DNA from: Setoptus koraiensis
Taxonomy: Eukaryota > Animalia > Arthropoda
NCBI GenBank assembly: GCA_048013815.1
Contig: CM106586.1
Location: 15,810,001 to 15,874,000 of the forward strand
Length of the DNA: 64,000 nucleotides
Direction of reading: 5' to 3'
A program made the translations under genes and the position numbers. Below the pieces are notes generated by a model, which was not told the DNA's origin, did no database searches, and worked only from the letters and a program-made list of their open reading frames with translations. Positions 62,270 to 64,000 of this stretch are shown here, piece by piece; positions within the stretch are counted from its first letter, which is position 1, and each line of letters opens with the position of its first letter.

Positions 62270-64000
62270 ACCGCTCGCCCCGAGACGCTTGAGCCGGATG
62301 TCACTTGAGCCGGCGAGCGGGTGCGCCAAATTGGGGCTCGTCCAACGCCCACTAGCGGGTCCCAATTTGGCCCCTCTGTTGCAACATATAGTGTAATATC
62401 CTCGGCGCTTGTTGGCGCCCGCGCGAGTGCGCCCACTGAGCGCGAGAGTGACCGCACGAGCATAAGTGGGCCAAGTGGGCATAAGTGGCGACTTGTGCCG
62501 TCAAATGTGTTTAAAAGACGCTCGCACCATGTGTATCGAATGACACATCGACGTTGTTTGCCGGCGCAACCGCGCCGCGGATTCTCCGCCCGCGATTCTC
62601 CCGGCCCGCGATTCTCCGGCAAAAATTATCTGGCAAAGAGGCGAGCGCCGAAGGGGCCCCAAGAAGCGAGAACCTTCGGAGAGCGGAGGCTCGGCGGGCG
62701 CGAGGCTGATAGCGATAGGATGTTGGAATGATGACATAATGTGATGATGCAACATGATGTGTGGGAATGGTTGCGAGTGGATCACCTCTGCAACTAGATC
62801 AATCACTGCTCGTCGTCACTTGTCAGCCAATGATCACTCGTCATTGTGTTTTGCGGGCTCGCGACTCGATTGAGCGGCGCCCAACTGACACATGATGCTG
62901 CCATGATTCAATTGCAATAATGACGATGATCATTTGCAAGACGATGATATGATAATAGGCCGCCGATATCGATTTATTTTGATAGCAGCCCGCTTGTCAG
63001 CTGATTCGCGAGCAGCCGGCCGACAAGCGCGCTTGTGTCGCGCCCCAAAAAACTGTGATGAAAGCCAGCACTTCCGGTTTGAGCCGCATTGTGTGTCTTG
63101 GGCCAGTGTTGTGCCACAAAAGTAAGCACGAGATAAACAGCGACAGCAGCAGCGACGATTAAAGTGTCTCTATATAATGTATATATGGTGTGATCACCTT
63201 TATTGTTGTTGTTGTTGTTGTTGTTGCAACAGACGATGATACCGACCGAGCGACGACAGACCAGATAAGAGAAGCCATCTGGTGATAATTTGCATATTGG
63301 CACTTAGCTCATATTCCTCTGTTGGGCTTCCTCTGGCGAGCACTAACTCTAGTTAGTAACTAGCACTTGAGACACACGCGCGACACTTAAATAACTGGCG
63401 CCCAGTTAAACGGCCGCTGAACAATGGGGCCCCCTTATAGCTTATATATACACATTGTTATATAACTCGAGTTTATATATAAATAACAGTCAGCTGACAC
63501 GAGCTAACTATATAAATGGTGCCGCACAATGCCGCACAATGCTGTGTAATGCTGTGTAAACTGCCGCTCTACATAAACTGGAGAGATACCGTCGCGCCAA
63601 ACGGAAGCCAGCGGCCGGCCGGGCCTCTAATTTTGGATGTTGTTGTTGTTGTTGATGTTGTGATATCTTGATATATCAACTTTGTATGTGTGCACAGTTG
63701 ATAGTGTCAACAGCGACGCGGGTTCTCACACAGCACACTCTGGCGTGTGTTTACCAAAGAGATAATCGATAAAAGGGGCCCACGTAATGGCGATGAATTA
63801 TAATATATCACAGCCAAATGAGGAGCACGAGAGCGCCGAAAGGAGCCCTTAGGTATGTTTGTCTTTTGGTGGCTCAGTTTTCAGCTCGCGCCAACAACAG
63901 CAACAGCAACAACAGCGACAACAGCAACAACAGCGACAACGACCGACTGGTGGAGGCGAGCGCGATTACGCAATCGATCGACTGCACAACGCGCTCGTTC

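Noticed and set aside
41288-63303. The many overlapping 60-220 aa ORFs on both strands
   Set aside because: No recognisable domain, their sequences mirror the underlying simple repeats, and stop-poor GC-rich DNA explains their length.

Overview
Eukaryotic genomic DNA from an animal with a compact genome: short GT-AG introns of ~60-130 nt, several intronless genes and abundant CAA/ACA microsatellites. An arthropod, possibly a mite, is my inference from these traits only. The gene-dense core at ~11.4-40.2 kb contains MADD/Rab3-GEF (+, 8-9 exons), a CRAL-TRIO protein (+), Cdt1 (+), a candidate small secreted peptide (-), a C-terminally short SEC62 (-), a G-patch/zinc-finger protein (+), a truncated MOV10 copy (+), an M14 zinc carboxypeptidase (-, 7 exons) and an intact intronless MOV10/Armitage-like helicase (+). 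The flanks (1-11 kb and 41-64 kb) have no recognisable protein coding. The right flank is GC/CpG-rich, full of short tandem duplications, and carries clustered TF-like motifs (TTAYGTAA, CTCF-like, TGACA). The most striking structure is an old tandem duplication of [carboxypeptidase 3' end + MOV10 5' part]. It leaves a 544-bp perfect MOV10 copy lying antisense, directly downstream of the carboxypeptidase stop and before its first canonical polyA signal. No rRNA, tRNA, CRISPR array or intact transposon was recognised.
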